64,000 bases of DNA from Pyrodictiaceae archaeon (GCA_027036135.1 JALVSY010000007.1:484880-548879), one strand, 5' to 3'. Shown: positions 48,780 to 58,927, counted from the first letter of the stretch. A program made the numbers and translations. The notes: a model not told the origin generated them from the sequence alone.

Positions 48780-49835
48780 GTGGGAGGGTGGTGCTATGTG
48801 CATATATGCACAGAGGTAGCGGAGAAGCTACTACGTATACCTAGGCTCTATGTTGTCTATCACTGGGATGCTGATGGTGTTGCCTCGGCTGCGCTCGTCC
48901 TGCGCCACTTGGGCTCAAGGGTTAGGGGGCTTGGGGTGCCACGTATAGGCGTCTATGCTGCTGACGCAGTTCCCTTACCCGGTAGCGGTGCTGCATTGTT
49001 GGTGCTTGATTATGGTCTCCCGGGCTCTGTGTACGAGGAGCTTGCCCGGAGACATGGTGGGGAAGTACTGGTTATTGATCATCACAGGGTGGCTCCTCCT
49101 AGTGGGGGAGGCGTTGTTTATTGTAACCCGGTTGCAGTGGGTCTTGGCGGGGAGGAGGACTATCCTGCTAACAGTGTCCTCGTTTACAGGCTCCTCAAGT
49201 CACCACGTGACCCGGGTGACCGTGTCCTAGCGGCTCTAGGTGTGGCTGGCGACTTGGCGCCGTACATCGATGCTGGGAGGCCTCATCCTGGGCTCCGAGT
49301 TGCCTCGGAGCTGCTAAGGGGCACTGGGATCTCCCTTAGAGAGCTCCGCCGCGTAGCGGAGTCTATTGATTCTTGTTACCGCTTACTGGACGAGGACTGT
49401 CTACGCTATGCTCCGCGGAGGGCAGCAGAGGACCCCGCTGGGCTAGTGAGTGATGAAAGGCTGCTCGGGGCCCGGGAGAGGGCTGAGAGGCTCGTGGAGG
49501 AGGCCATGGAGAGGGCTCAGCTGCTCTCGGAGACCGGGAAGGTACTGGTCTACTTCCTTGAGATGGATGCCTATGTTACGAGCGCTGTTGGTAGGAGACT
49601 AGCGGCTAGGAACCCGGACAAGGTGGTTGTATTGGTGCATAGCTTGCCTAGCCAGGGCCGGGGCACTATATATGCGAGGAGTATATCCCATGGGCTCAGC
49701 AGCGTGGCTGATCTGCTGAGGGCTAGGGATGTGAGGGTCGCGGGTAAGACAAACGTACTCGTAATAGAGTACAGCGGCGAGGAGTACGAGGAGCCACTAA
49801 GGATTCTCCTCGAAGCGATTAAGGTGGCACTATAA
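48780..49835 (+). CDS. DHH family phosphoesterase
   Basis: HWDADGVASA, VLD, VIDHH, GVAGD. Confidence 0.88.
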   Translation: MGGWCYVHICTEVAEKLLRIPRLYVVYHWDADGVASAALVLRHLGSRVRGLGVPRIGVYAADAVPLPGSGAALLVLDYGLPGSVYEELARRHGGEVLVIDHHRVAPPSGGGVVYCNPVAVGLGGEEDYPANSVLVYRLLKSPRDPGDRVLAALGVAGDLAPYIDAGRPHPGLRVASELLRGTGISLRELRRVAESIDSCYRLLDEDCLRYAPRRAAEDPAGLVSDERLLGARERAERLVEEAMERAQLLSETGKVLVYFLEMDAYVTSAVGRRLAARNPDKVVVLVHSLPSQGRGTIYARSISHGLSSVADLLRARDVRVAGKTNVLVIEYSGEEYEEPLRILLEAIKVAL

Positions 49836-49971
49836 TTCCTTCCATGATATCTTCATACCCCCGTATCATTTTATATACAAGTTATTATCTATGTAATAAT
49901 CTAGGAACAACTCTTCCAGAGCAATTCTATCGGGTACAATCAAGACTAATGCTGCCTAGGTGTAGCTCGCT

Positions 49972-50589
49972 ATGGCTAGGAGGCGTAGAAGGAAGGAGAG
50001 AGAGTGGTGGGAGTATTATAGCCCGAGGCCCGAGGAGTACGAAGTAGTCGGCCGCCCCGGCAAGCTCGTTGAGAAGCCTAGTCACCTCTACCTAAAAGGC
50101 GGTCTTGCCAGGTTTCGGCGCGTGGAGCGCATCTGCACAAACTTTGGTATCTACCAGGGGTTTCCGCCGCGTAATGCCTTGGAGAGGATGCTTGTCGAGA
50201 TGCTCGTCCTTGTTCCCGCGGAGTATGTTCTCCCGGGTAGTGGTTCCCGGTTCTGGCTAGTACGCCTAGTCTTCACCAGGGTTCCCGTGAACTGGCGCTA
50301 CCGCATACCAGCATGGCGCGCAGAGCCCTGCTACACGGGTGACGAGTGGATACTGCGCCTATGTTTAACCGATAAGGAGGCATGGCTACTGGCCCGTAGC
50401 GCTAGGAGCGTTGCTCATTGTGTAGAACCCCTAATAGCCCATGCAAAGATCTATGCCGGCGTAGAGCTCCTGGATAAGAGGCTCCAACTAGTAGCCCCAC
50501 TACAAGTACTAAAGAGGAGTGTGAAGGGCTATAGGCTGGTATACGAGAAGCCCTACCCCTGGTACTACAAAATAGAGAAACTAATCTAA
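49972..50589 (+). CDS. hypothetical protein
   Basis: 205 aa ORF with host-like codon usage; no motif recognised. Confidence 0.55.
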   Translation: MARRRRRKEREWWEYYSPRPEEYEVVGRPGKLVEKPSHLYLKGGLARFRRVERICTNFGIYQGFPPRNALERMLVEMLVLVPAEYVLPGSGSRFWLVRLVFTRVPVNWRYRIPAWRAEPCYTGDEWILRLCLTDKEAWLLARSARSVAHCVEPLIAHAKIYAGVELLDKRLQLVAPLQVLKRSVKGYRLVYEKPYPWYYKIEKLI

Positions 50590-50680
50590 TTCTTTAAATC
50601 TAAGAAATGAATATAAAATTTTAACATTAAATATGTAATAAAAAATATTTATTAAAATCTATGTACTAATGCTGAGCAGA

Positions 50681-51802
50681 TTAAGTGCTCGTTATCCCCC
50701 TTCTAGTCCTCCTTCCAAGGCCTATACTTTCAGCGCTTTTCTCCACCCTAGTCTTATAAACTATGTATGATACCGCCCACGTTATAGCGAACGTGAATAC
50801 TATTATAATGCCTATATTGGTCCAAGCAGATTCTCCGTTAATCTCAGCTATCCAGTTCCAGAAGGCACCCTTAAGATTAAATTCTGATTGGATAAGCCCT
50901 AGTAATTCCATAGTACCCACAGCATAGGCAACCATTACCGATATTAGTGTCATTGTCAAGTTGTACCAAAGCTTCCTGATAGGGCTTCCAAGAAAGGCCC
51001 AGTTATAGGCAGTGTTCATGAAGAAGCCATCAGTGGTATCTAGTAATGTCATTCCCGCTGTGAAGAGGAAGGGGAATACCAGTAGCTCCCAGAAAGGTAT
51101 CTTCATGAACACGCCAGCAGCTGCTGCAGATATAGCTAGTAGAGCTGTTTCCGAAGCTGTGTCAAAGCCTAGGCCGAAGAGGAATCCTATCGGGTACATG
51201 TAGTATTGATTATCAATTATCTTAAATAATTTCCTAAAGTATCTGCTCATGAATCCTCTTTCTAGTAATGCTTTTTCCAGTCTTTTTTCATCTAGGTTTC
51301 TTTCCTTGGAAAATTGTTTATATATTTCATATATCTCGAGTAATACGAAGAAATTTAAGGCACCTATGAGGTAAAGGAAGCCACCACTAACAAGTGTACC
51401 CACTATTGTGCCTATATTCTCTAACGTAGGAAGGCTTGACACGACCTTCCTTGTAGCAACCATTAAAGCTATTGCTAACAGTATAACTACCGTGGAATGT
51501 CCTAGTGAGAAGAATAAGCCCGTAAAATATGCAGGTTTTCCTTCTTGAACTAATTTCCTTGTTGAATTATCTATGGCTGCCAAGTGATCAGCATCAAGTG
51601 CGTGTCTCAAACCAAAGACATATGCAAGGACGCCCAGAGTGAGAAAAGTTGCCGCAACATGGAGATCTTTAACACGTATCATATAATTACCTACTGCCCT
51701 TGACGCTGAGAAGAGCCAGTAAAAAAGCAAGGCAGTAATTACGGCTTCAGCACTATAGAATAAGATTATTTTCCGCTTAGGTATTGGGCCTTTCTCGGCC
51801 AA
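50681..51802 (-). CDS. HoxN/HupN/NixA (NiCoT) nickel/cobalt permease
   Basis: GLRHALDADHLAAIDN, FFSLGHSTVV, GFLFGLGFDTASE. Confidence 0.95.
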   Translation of the reverse strand: MAEKGPIPKRKIILFYSAEAVITALLFYWLFSASRAVGNYMIRVKDLHVAATFLTLGVLAYVFGLRHALDADHLAAIDNSTRKLVQEGKPAYFTGLFFSLGHSTVVILLAIALMVATRKVVSSLPTLENIGTIVGTLVSGGFLYLIGALNFFVLLEIYEIYKQFSKERNLDEKRLEKALLERGFMSRYFRKLFKIIDNQYYMYPIGFLFGLGFDTASETALLAISAAAAGVFMKIPFWELLVFPFLFTAGMTLLDTTDGFFMNTAYNWAFLGSPIRKLWYNLTMTLISVMVAYAVGTMELLGLIQSEFNLKGAFWNWIAEINGESAWTNIGIIIVFTFAITWAVSYIVYKTRVEKSAESIGLGRRTRRGITST

Positions 51803-52426
51803 TAAAAATCACCTCTTTGGTGCACCGAGAAAGGTAATAAAGTGCACCTTTATAAGAGTTTCTATTATGTGAAGATAAATAATCTGAAATAATAATTAAT
51901 GAGGAGAACAAGTTCTAATAAACACGATACATTGAGCACATTAGTGTTTATACATCTTTATAAGAGTTCTAAGAAGTTGTCGTCCAAGAAGCCAAGAGTA
52001 CAAGTCAAGGAGGCTAGGAAAAGGTTCAAATAATTAAACTCAGTAATTGGTCTTGTAGCCGACAGAATCCGTGAGCTTCCCGCCGATGCTGCCCGCTTAG
52101 CTGGCTATCTCTAGGAGAGTATTCCTAGAAGGCTTTGGGCTAGATGGAAGTATATGTGAGTGCTGAACCTGGCCAGACTCATTATTAAGCTGAGCCGCGA
52201 GGCAGGAGTTGATTCCTACTCTGTTGACTGAGCCAAGGAGCTAGACTGGAGCCTGAATTACAGCGAGCTTAAAGACTATGTATCTAAGAGGCTTGTGGTG
52301 AAGACAGCTCTTGAGCTTAAGGGGGTTAAAGTATACATGGAGTATCTTGAGGAGTCGGCTGCTCCCGTAGTGGGGCTTCCCGGGGGACGGGTTACAAAGA
52401 CTCTGCGAGGAGTCCGTGAGGTAGGT

Positions 52427-52972
52427 CTACGCGCTCCAGAGTAGCCCGTATTGCTTGGCCTTCTTCTTTACCCAGTCTATTAGGCTTCGTATTATCTCCG
52501 CAGCCGTTTTCTCGCTTATCTCTGCTATGTCGGGGCCGTGGTAGAAGAATACGTGCAAAAGCGCGGCTTGTGCCCTCCTCTCCGCTATCTCTCTGTCACT
52601 TGTAGCCTCCACCACCTTCTCTACGATGGTGTCGAGCTTCTGTCTCGTTGAGGGTATCAAGAGCCCTTGTGTTATCCACCACTCTATGTACTCCCCGGCT
52701 TTCTCAGCGCCCTTCTTCTCTGCTATCCTTTTTGCCTCCTCCTCTATTACTGGTAGCAGCTTCTTAGCCACTAGGAGGCCTAGTAGGCTCTTGTATGCTG
52801 CCCAGGCCTTCTCAGCAGCATCCCTCACATCATCTTTGGAGAGAAGTCTTAGAGCCTCTTCAGTAAACAATAAGAGGTTCTCATGGTGAACCCTCCCAGC
52901 AACCTCTGCGGCGGCCCTCAGCCTAGCAAGAAGCTCCTCCAACGATACAGCTACAGCAGCCACCAAGGGCAC
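52427..52972 (-). CDS. PaREP1 family (HEPN-like) protein
   Basis: EEALRLL..DVRDAAEKAWAA...LHVFFYHG. Confidence 0.75.
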   Translation of the reverse strand: MPLVAAVAVSLEELLARLRAAAEVAGRVHHENLLLFTEEALRLLSKDDVRDAAEKAWAAYKSLLGLLVAKKLLPVIEEEAKRIAEKKGAEKAGEYIEWWITQGLLIPSTRQKLDTIVEKVVEATSDREIAERRAQAALLHVFFYHGPDIAEISEKTAAEIIRSLIDWVKKKAKQYGLLWSA

Positions 52973-53115
52973 TCCTAGTGGCTTAGAAAATGGCTCCAGG
53001 GTATTAAGGACTAGAGAATCGTTATTCGGAACTAATTGCGTTCCCTTAAGGTGCTCCTTGTAGAGCGGGATAGGCTCTACTAGCTCGTTGCTCCTGGGCT
53101 CAGGAGTAACTATTG

Positions 53116-53202
53116 TGGCGCCGGGGGCGGGATTTGAACCCGCGCGGCCGTGCGGCCACCGGCTCTCCAGGCCGGCCCCTTAGACCGCTCGGGCACCCCG
53201 GC
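53116..53202 (-). tRNA. tRNA-Ser(GGA), CCA encoded
   Basis: Reverse complement GCCGGGG...CCGGC-CTGGAGA-GCCGG, long variable arm, GGTTCAAATCC, CCCCGGCGCCA. Confidence 0.96.
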
Positions 53203-53311
53203 GCCCAGGACACTCCCGGAACAGCTTAGGAGAGTCCCCTGGGGCCCTATATTCCCTTGTATCCCGAGAGAAGAACGTATCACCTAGTACCCGTTACCTA
53301 TACTCTACGAG

Positions 53312-53836
53312 GTGTGTTCCTCCGTGTTGTTTCGTAGGCGCCGAGAATACGTAGTGAGACGCGGCGTGGAGTTCGTTCTCCGCTCACCGAGCTTCGAGAA
53401 CGGAGCCCGTATACCAGTTCGTCATACGTGTGACGGCGAGGATGTATCACCCCGGCTTGAGTGGAGCAACGCGCCCCACGGAGCCAAGTCTTATGCATTG
53501 ATAATGTTTGACCCGGACGCCCCGGTTGGCACCTTTATTCACTGGGTGCTATACGATATACCTGGTAACCGGAGCTACATAGACGAGAACGTCCCCAGGG
53601 CTCCGCGTGTCCCTGGCCTAGGCCTCCAGGGTGTCAATGACTTCGGGTTCCACGGCTACGGCGGTCCCTGCCCACCGCCAGGGCACGGGGAGCATCGGTA
53701 CTTCTTCGCGCTACACGCCCTCGATATAGACGATGTAGGGCTTGGGCCAGGAGCCAGAGCAACACAGCTTATAGATAGGATAAAAGACCACGTAATAGGC
53801 TACGCCGTGCTCATGGCTCGGTATAGCAGAGGATAA
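53312..53836 (+). CDS. YbhB/YbcL (PEBP) family protein
   Basis: TCDGEDVSP, DPDAP, HWVLYDIP, YGGPCPP, HRYFF. Confidence 0.93.
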   Translation: MCSSVLFRRRREYVVRRGVEFVLRSPSFENGARIPVRHTCDGEDVSPRLEWSNAPHGAKSYALIMFDPDAPVGTFIHWVLYDIPGNRSYIDENVPRAPRVPGLGLQGVNDFGFHGYGGPCPPPGHGEHRYFFALHALDIDDVGLGPGARATQLIDRIKDHVIGYAVLMARYSRG

Positions 53837-53879
53837 TAAGGCAAAATAGCCACGCTAACCTAGCTACATTTGTCCTAAT

Positions 53880-54373
53880 ATACTCGCGGCTCCTTGGCCC
53901 CGTTACACGGTGCTTCGGGGCTCTCATGGACTCGCTCCACACTTCTTTCTAGAACCCGTCCCTGTCTAGGGCCTCCATCTCCTCAACTTACCTTACTAGC
54001 GCGGCTAATAGGACGTGATGCAGCTTCTCATCCTCTAGTACTGCTTCTAGGGGAAGGACCAGCCTGGGATTACTTGTCTCCTCAAGGAGCCTTGTTACTA
54101 GCTCTATCGTTTTCTCCTCCTCTATTGAGTGCTTATCTTCTTAAGCTCCGTTAGCTCCTCTCTGGTCAATAAGCCTTGCTTTCCAGAGGCTATCTCGGCG
54201 GCAGCGATGTAGAATCAAGCCATGCTTCCTCAAGTCACCCGCTATCCCCCCTTATTATTGCGTGGAGTATTGGTGAGGAAGCTTCTCAGCTAACTATTCT
54301 AGTTCCTCAGTGTAGCGCTTCTCATCGGATGAGGCATTCAAAAAGGCATCTATGAGCCCCTCTGGCAAAACAC
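53880..54373 (-). pseudogene. ferritin/rubrerythrin-like protein pseudogene
   Basis: Manual translation across stops and frameshifts: DEKRYTEELE*..GIAGDLRKHG..KHSIEEEK..EDEKLHH. Confidence 0.6.
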
Positions 54374-54495
54374 TTTCTCCCCGCTCTCGTAGTATTTTGT
54401 GGCCAGGTACTTCAGCTAGGTGTTGAAAATAAGCTATTGAGTAGCTATTCCTGGGTAAGAGAGAAAGACCCCAGGGTCTTCTTCCTCACTGCTAG

Positions 54496-55602
54496 GTGGT
54501 GAGGATAGGCTTGAGTCGCGCAGCGCTCTTCCTCGTAACGGCCCTCGTCATACTTGTGATAATAGGCGCAATAATCTACTATGGTTACACCCATATCGGG
54601 AAGGAGACAGCCACACCCACAGTAACAGGTGCAGCGGCGAGCGCATCACCGGTCTCCACGACAACCCGGACGGCTGCAGCGAGCACAACTACTCAGCAGG
54701 CCCAGAGCGTGATAAAGATAGGCACACTGAGGGGCGGCGTATCGAGTCTAGACGTGATATTAGCCAAGCACCTTGACTCCGTGAACGGGTTCAGAGTCAA
54801 GCCCTTGTTCTTCACCACTACCCTTGACCTAGCAAACGCTATTGCGCATGGAGACATAGACGTAGCGATTATACCCGCGGAGTTCGTGGCTAAGCTGAGG
54901 GAACAAGGTTCGGACGTAGTAATAATAGCTGTTGACTTCTACCAGAACCAGGCAATAGTGGTGCAAGGAAAGGAGAACATAACGAGTATTGAGCAACTAA
55001 GGGGCAAGAAGGTAGCAGTATTCAAGCCGACAGGTACCTACGCTATGTTCAAGGCATACATGGAGGCAGTGTACGGTATTGATCCCGAGAAGGACTTCGT
55101 ATTGGTGAACGCGCCGCCTCCGCAGATAGTGCAGGCCTTCGCGCGGGGCGATGTTGACGCGGCTGTTATCTGGGAGCCTTTTGTCTCAAAACTAGTAGCT
55201 GATTATGGGGGTAAGATACTAGTAACATATCAGGAGCTGTGGAGGAAGTGGAGCGGGCACGTAGGCGATAACGGTGTGATGATAGTCTATGCTGCCCGGG
55301 CCAAGTGGGCCCAGAAGCACCCGGGCCTAGTGGAGAAACTATTAACGGCTAGGAGTATGGCAGCAAAGCTCTGGGACGAGAACGAGACGCTCGCGGAGAA
55401 GATACTCGAGAAGAACTATGGCCTAAGCCCAGAGGCGGCGAAGCTTTGCTGGAAGAGACTAAGAATGGAGACGGCCAAGACCCTAGACGAGCAACTAGTA
55501 AGGAACATACTGGCGGTATGGGAGCTGGCCCGGGAGGGAGGCTACATATCCTCGAGTCCGGAGTCCCTAGCAAAGGGCGCATTCTGGCAGGCTGGGCGAT
55601 AG
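54496..55602 (+). CDS. ABC transporter substrate-binding protein (NMT1/SsuA/TauA-like)
   Basis: N-terminal TM, Thr-rich linker, LRGKKVAV, GDVDAAVIWEP. Confidence 0.88.
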   Translation: MVRIGLSRAALFLVTALVILVIIGAIIYYGYTHIGKETATPTVTGAAASASPVSTTTRTAAASTTTQQAQSVIKIGTLRGGVSSLDVILAKHLDSVNGFRVKPLFFTTTLDLANAIAHGDIDVAIIPAEFVAKLREQGSDVVIIAVDFYQNQAIVVQGKENITSIEQLRGKKVAVFKPTGTYAMFKAYMEAVYGIDPEKDFVLVNAPPPQIVQAFARGDVDAAVIWEPFVSKLVADYGGKILVTYQELWRKWSGHVGDNGVMIVYAARAKWAQKHPGLVEKLLTARSMAAKLWDENETLAEKILEKNYGLSPEAAKLCWKRLRMETAKTLDEQLVRNILAVWELAREGGYISSSPESLAKGAFWQAGR

Positions 55603-56318
55603 CCCTCCTAGCGATACTTGTCACCTGGTATGCCTTACACCTGGTTTTTCCCCGCCAGATACCTGGCATAGTAGCTACAATGGCTTTCATAGCAGAGGAG
55701 GGCCCCGAGAAGATCCTCTACAATACGGGATTGACGCTCGCGAGGAGCACACTAGGCTTCTTAATAGGGTTCCTATGCGCTCTTCTCCTAGGCTTTCTCT
55801 ATACCCTTCACCCAGTGCTTCGGGAAGCTGTAAGGGCTCTTAACACGATTCTCCAGAGTATATCGGTTCTCATCTGGATAGTTGTGCTCGTAATGGTGTT
55901 CGGTGTTCTAAGCCCATTGCCACCAGTCCTCGTTGCTAGCCTAGTGGCTCTCCCAATAGTATTGGCGGCGGTTGTGGCAGGGCTTGATTCTTCCAGCAGG
56001 AAGCTAGCAGAGCTGGCAACGATGCTCGGGGCGAACAAGCTCCAATACTACCGGGACTTCTTGTTACCGAGCCTGGCTCCCTCTCTAGCTGGTGCTACTC
56101 GCTCGGCGCTTGGAGCAGCTCTGAGGATAAGCGTCGTAGCCGAGGCCTTTGGGAGTAGTGGGGGCATAGGATACATGATAGCCAATTACTATAACTTGGC
56201 GGAGCCGCGCGGGGTATTTGCTTGGGGAACCATACTAGTCATAGTGATGATTCTCGTGGATAAGCTGTTGCTAGAGCCCTTGGAGAAGAGGGCTGCGAGA
56301 TGGAGCATAGAGGCATAG
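55518..56318 (+). CDS. ABC transporter permease (SsuC/TauC-like)
   Basis: EAA-like loop ELATMLGA, VVAE..SSGGIGY; start uncertain. Confidence 0.85.
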   Translation: MGAGPGGRLHILESGVPSKGRILAGWAIALLAILVTWYALHLVFPRQIPGIVATMAFIAEEGPEKILYNTGLTLARSTLGFLIGFLCALLLGFLYTLHPVLREAVRALNTILQSISVLIWIVVLVMVFGVLSPLPPVLVASLVALPIVLAAVVAGLDSSSRKLAELATMLGANKLQYYRDFLLPSLAPSLAGATRSALGAALRISVVAEAFGSSGGIGYMIANYYNLAEPRGVFAWGTILVIVMILVDKLLLEPLEKRAARWSIEA

Positions 56319-57050
56319 CGCTTCGGGCAATGAGTATCTACAAGAGCTTCGGCGACCGCCTCGTCCTCAGCGGCGTTAGCATAGAGGCTTACAGGGGGGA
56401 AGTAGTGGCTATTGTTGGGCCCAATGGTAGCGGGAAGACAACACTGCTACGAATAATAGCTGGGCTCGAGAAACCCGACAAGGGCCGAGTAGATCTCCGT
56501 GGCAGAGCTCTTCTTGTTTTCCAGGAGAACCTCCTGCTTCCCTGGAAAAAGCTAAGAGACAACATAGCCCTAGGTCTTGTCTATGCTGGGCTGCCTCGCA
56601 GGGAAATAGAGAGGAGGGTGAGCGAGGCAGCTAGGCTACTAGGACTTACAGAGTATCTTGACAAGTATCCTTGGCAGGTAAGCGGGGGGCACTGCGAGAA
56701 AAGCCGCGATAGCGAGGATACTCGTTCTTGACCCTGATATCCTTCTCTTAGATGAGCCACTAGCAGGCCTCGATACTAGGACGCGGCGCGCATTACTGGA
56801 GAGAATCGTGACAATAGCGCACGAGAGGGGCAAGACAGTGATACTTGTCGACCACAGTGTTGAGGCTGTGGCGCCCTACGCTGACAGGATATACATTATG
56901 AGCTACCCGCCTACACGGGTAGAAGCGAGCATTGACTTAAGAAAAACCGAGCCGGGGAAACGCCTCTCCCTAGTATATAGTATCTTGAGCGAGCTAGGCC
57001 GTAGAGAAGCCCTGGGCGCTACCCGGGGAGAGCCTGGGACGGGTACGTAG
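56300..57050 (+). pseudogene. ABC transporter ATP-binding protein with frameshift in a G6 run
   Basis: GPNGSGKT; removing one G at 56684-56689 restores SGGTARKAAIAR..LLLDEPLAGLD and joins ORF 56808..57050. Confidence 0.85.
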
Positions 57051-57466
57051 TCTCCGCCTATGGCGGGGCACTTGCTCCTTTACGTACACGGCGAGGTAGG
57101 CGTGAACAAGCCCGGCCAGCTGGGAGGCCTTCTCGGGCTCGTCTCGTAAGAGCTCGTAGAAGTCCTTACCGTGCCTCTTGGCCGAGAGAGCTGTGAGCAC
57201 GGAGTAGTTACCCGCGCCTATCCTCTGCGTACACGGTTTTTTGCATAGAAGGGGCCTTGTACCGAGACTTATCACCCCTTAGGAGTAGCCAAGAGGCCAT
57301 GAAGGGGTATTACTGTTCTTAAGTGTTTTCCTAATACCTTTTCCCGTGTTATGGAGTGTTATTCCCGGAACCGTACCATATATAGTTGCTAGGCGCCCAG
57401 AACCGATGACTGGGGGACGGGATCAGCACCACTCCCTGCGAGTAATACTGTGGAGAAGGAGAGGCC

Positions 57467-58927
57467 TTGCCTGCTCCCCGAAGCCTAAGAGAGTACCTAG
57501 ACAAGCTAGAGCAGGAAAATATGCTGAGGAAGATAAGTACACCTCTAAGCCCGGTTCTCGAGATACCAGCTGTGCTCCGCCATGCTATGAGGGCTCGTGG
57601 CCCCGCCCTGCTCTTCACGAACGTGAAGGGCTATCCTGGGTGGAGGGTAGCTGGCAACCTCTTCGGCTCCCTTGAGAGGGTAAAGCTAGCCCTGGGGACA
57701 GAGAGGCTTGAGGAGATAGGTGAGAGACTAGTCTCGTTTGCCTGGAACCCGCCACCCTTGGGGCTTGGGGAGAAGATCCGGGGACTTCGCCAAGTACTCG
57801 ATATGGCCCGCTATGCTCCTCGTAAGACAAGGAGGGCTGGTTTCGAGGAAAACGTGCTAGAGAGCGACGAGGCGGTGCTAGATAAACTACCGTTGTTCAA
57901 GACCTGGCCGCGTGACGGGGGCCGCTACATAACCTTTGGCCAAGTATACGTGAGGGATCCCGAGACTGGTGTCACTAATATAGGCGTGTACAGGGTCATG
58001 GAGAAGGCCCCCCGCGAGGCAGTTATTCACTGGCAGCTCCACAAGAGGGGGAGACATGCCTACCTATCGGCGCTGGAGAAGGGGGAGCCCCTGCCAGTAG
58101 CCATTGTTATCGGGGCTGAGCCAGCAGCGATGCTCGTAGGAGTCATGCCTATTCCTTACCCGCTTGATAAGCTCTTATTCGCTGGGATAATGGCTGGCCG
58201 CGGCATAGAGGTCTACGAGCTGCCTAGCGGCTTGCTGGTCCCGGCCTCCGCAGAGATAGTAGTGGAGGGAGTGATTGAGCCCGGCAGGGAGTCAGAGGAG
58301 GGCCCCTTCGGCGATCACTGGGGCTACTACGATAAACCCGTTCACCGCTTCCCGGTTATGCGTATTGAGAGGATATGGGTGAGAAGGAACCCAGTCTACG
58401 TTGGAACCGTTGTCGGCAAGCCGGTCATGGAGGACGCGTATATAGGTAAGGCTGTTGAGAGGATATTTCTCCCTGTTCTCCGAACCCTTCTCCCAGAGAT
58501 AGTCGATATAAACTTCCCGGTGCACGGCATGTTCCAGGGCCTAGCAATAGTCTCTATAAGGAAGACCTACCCGGGCCAGGCAAAGAAAGTAATGATGGCG
58601 CTATGGGGCCTCGGCCAGACCTCCCTAACAAAGATAATCATAGTCGTTGACCACGACATCGATGTCCACGACATGGACCAGGTAATATGGGCGGTCTCGG
58701 CCAATGTTGATCCTCAGAGAGACGTAGTAGTGGTTCCTGGCACGCATACAGACCACCTTGACCCCGCGACGCCGGTTCCTGGCTATGGTAGCAAGCTCGG
58801 GATAGACGCTACGCGTAAACTACCAGAGGAGAATAACTGGCAAGAATGGCCAGAGGAGCTAGAGGAGCCACCCGAGCTAGCCAAGCTCGCGGAGACGGTG
58901 CTGCGGAGAGAAGGGGTGCTGCAATGA
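57467..58927 (+). CDS. UbiD family decarboxylase (menaquinone-type)
   Basis: DGGRYIT, NIGVYR, EGPFGDHWGYY, KLGIDAT. Confidence 0.93.
   Translation: MPAPRSLREYLDKLEQENMLRKISTPLSPVLEIPAVLRHAMRARGPALLFTNVKGYPGWRVAGNLFGSLERVKLALGTERLEEIGERLVSFAWNPPPLGLGEKIRGLRQVLDMARYAPRKTRRAGFEENVLESDEAVLDKLPLFKTWPRDGGRYITFGQVYVRDPETGVTNIGVYRVMEKAPREAVIHWQLHKRGRHAYLSALEKGEPLPVAIVIGAEPAAMLVGVMPIPYPLDKLLFAGIMAGRGIEVYELPSGLLVPASAEIVVEGVIEPGRESEEGPFGDHWGYYDKPVHRFPVMRIERIWVRRNPVYVGTVVGKPVMEDAYIGKAVERIFLPVLRTLLPEIVDINFPVHGMFQGLAIVSIRKTYPGQAKKVMMALWGLGQTSLTKIIIVVDHDIDVHDMDQVIWAVSANVDPQRDVVVVPGTHTDHLDPATPVPGYGSKLGIDATRKLPEENNWQEWPEELEEPPELAKLAETVLRREGVLQ

Noticed and set aside
52972-53140. Stop-free frame from the tRNA (GSNPAPGA...) into the PaREP1 gene, like a split SSV-type integrase
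   Set aside because: Only 56 codons, with no tyrosine-recombinase motifs; plausible by chance.
56994-57275. 93-aa minus-strand ORF (and 61034..61216)
   Set aside because: Could be real small genes or remnants, but no recognisable motif supports a call.
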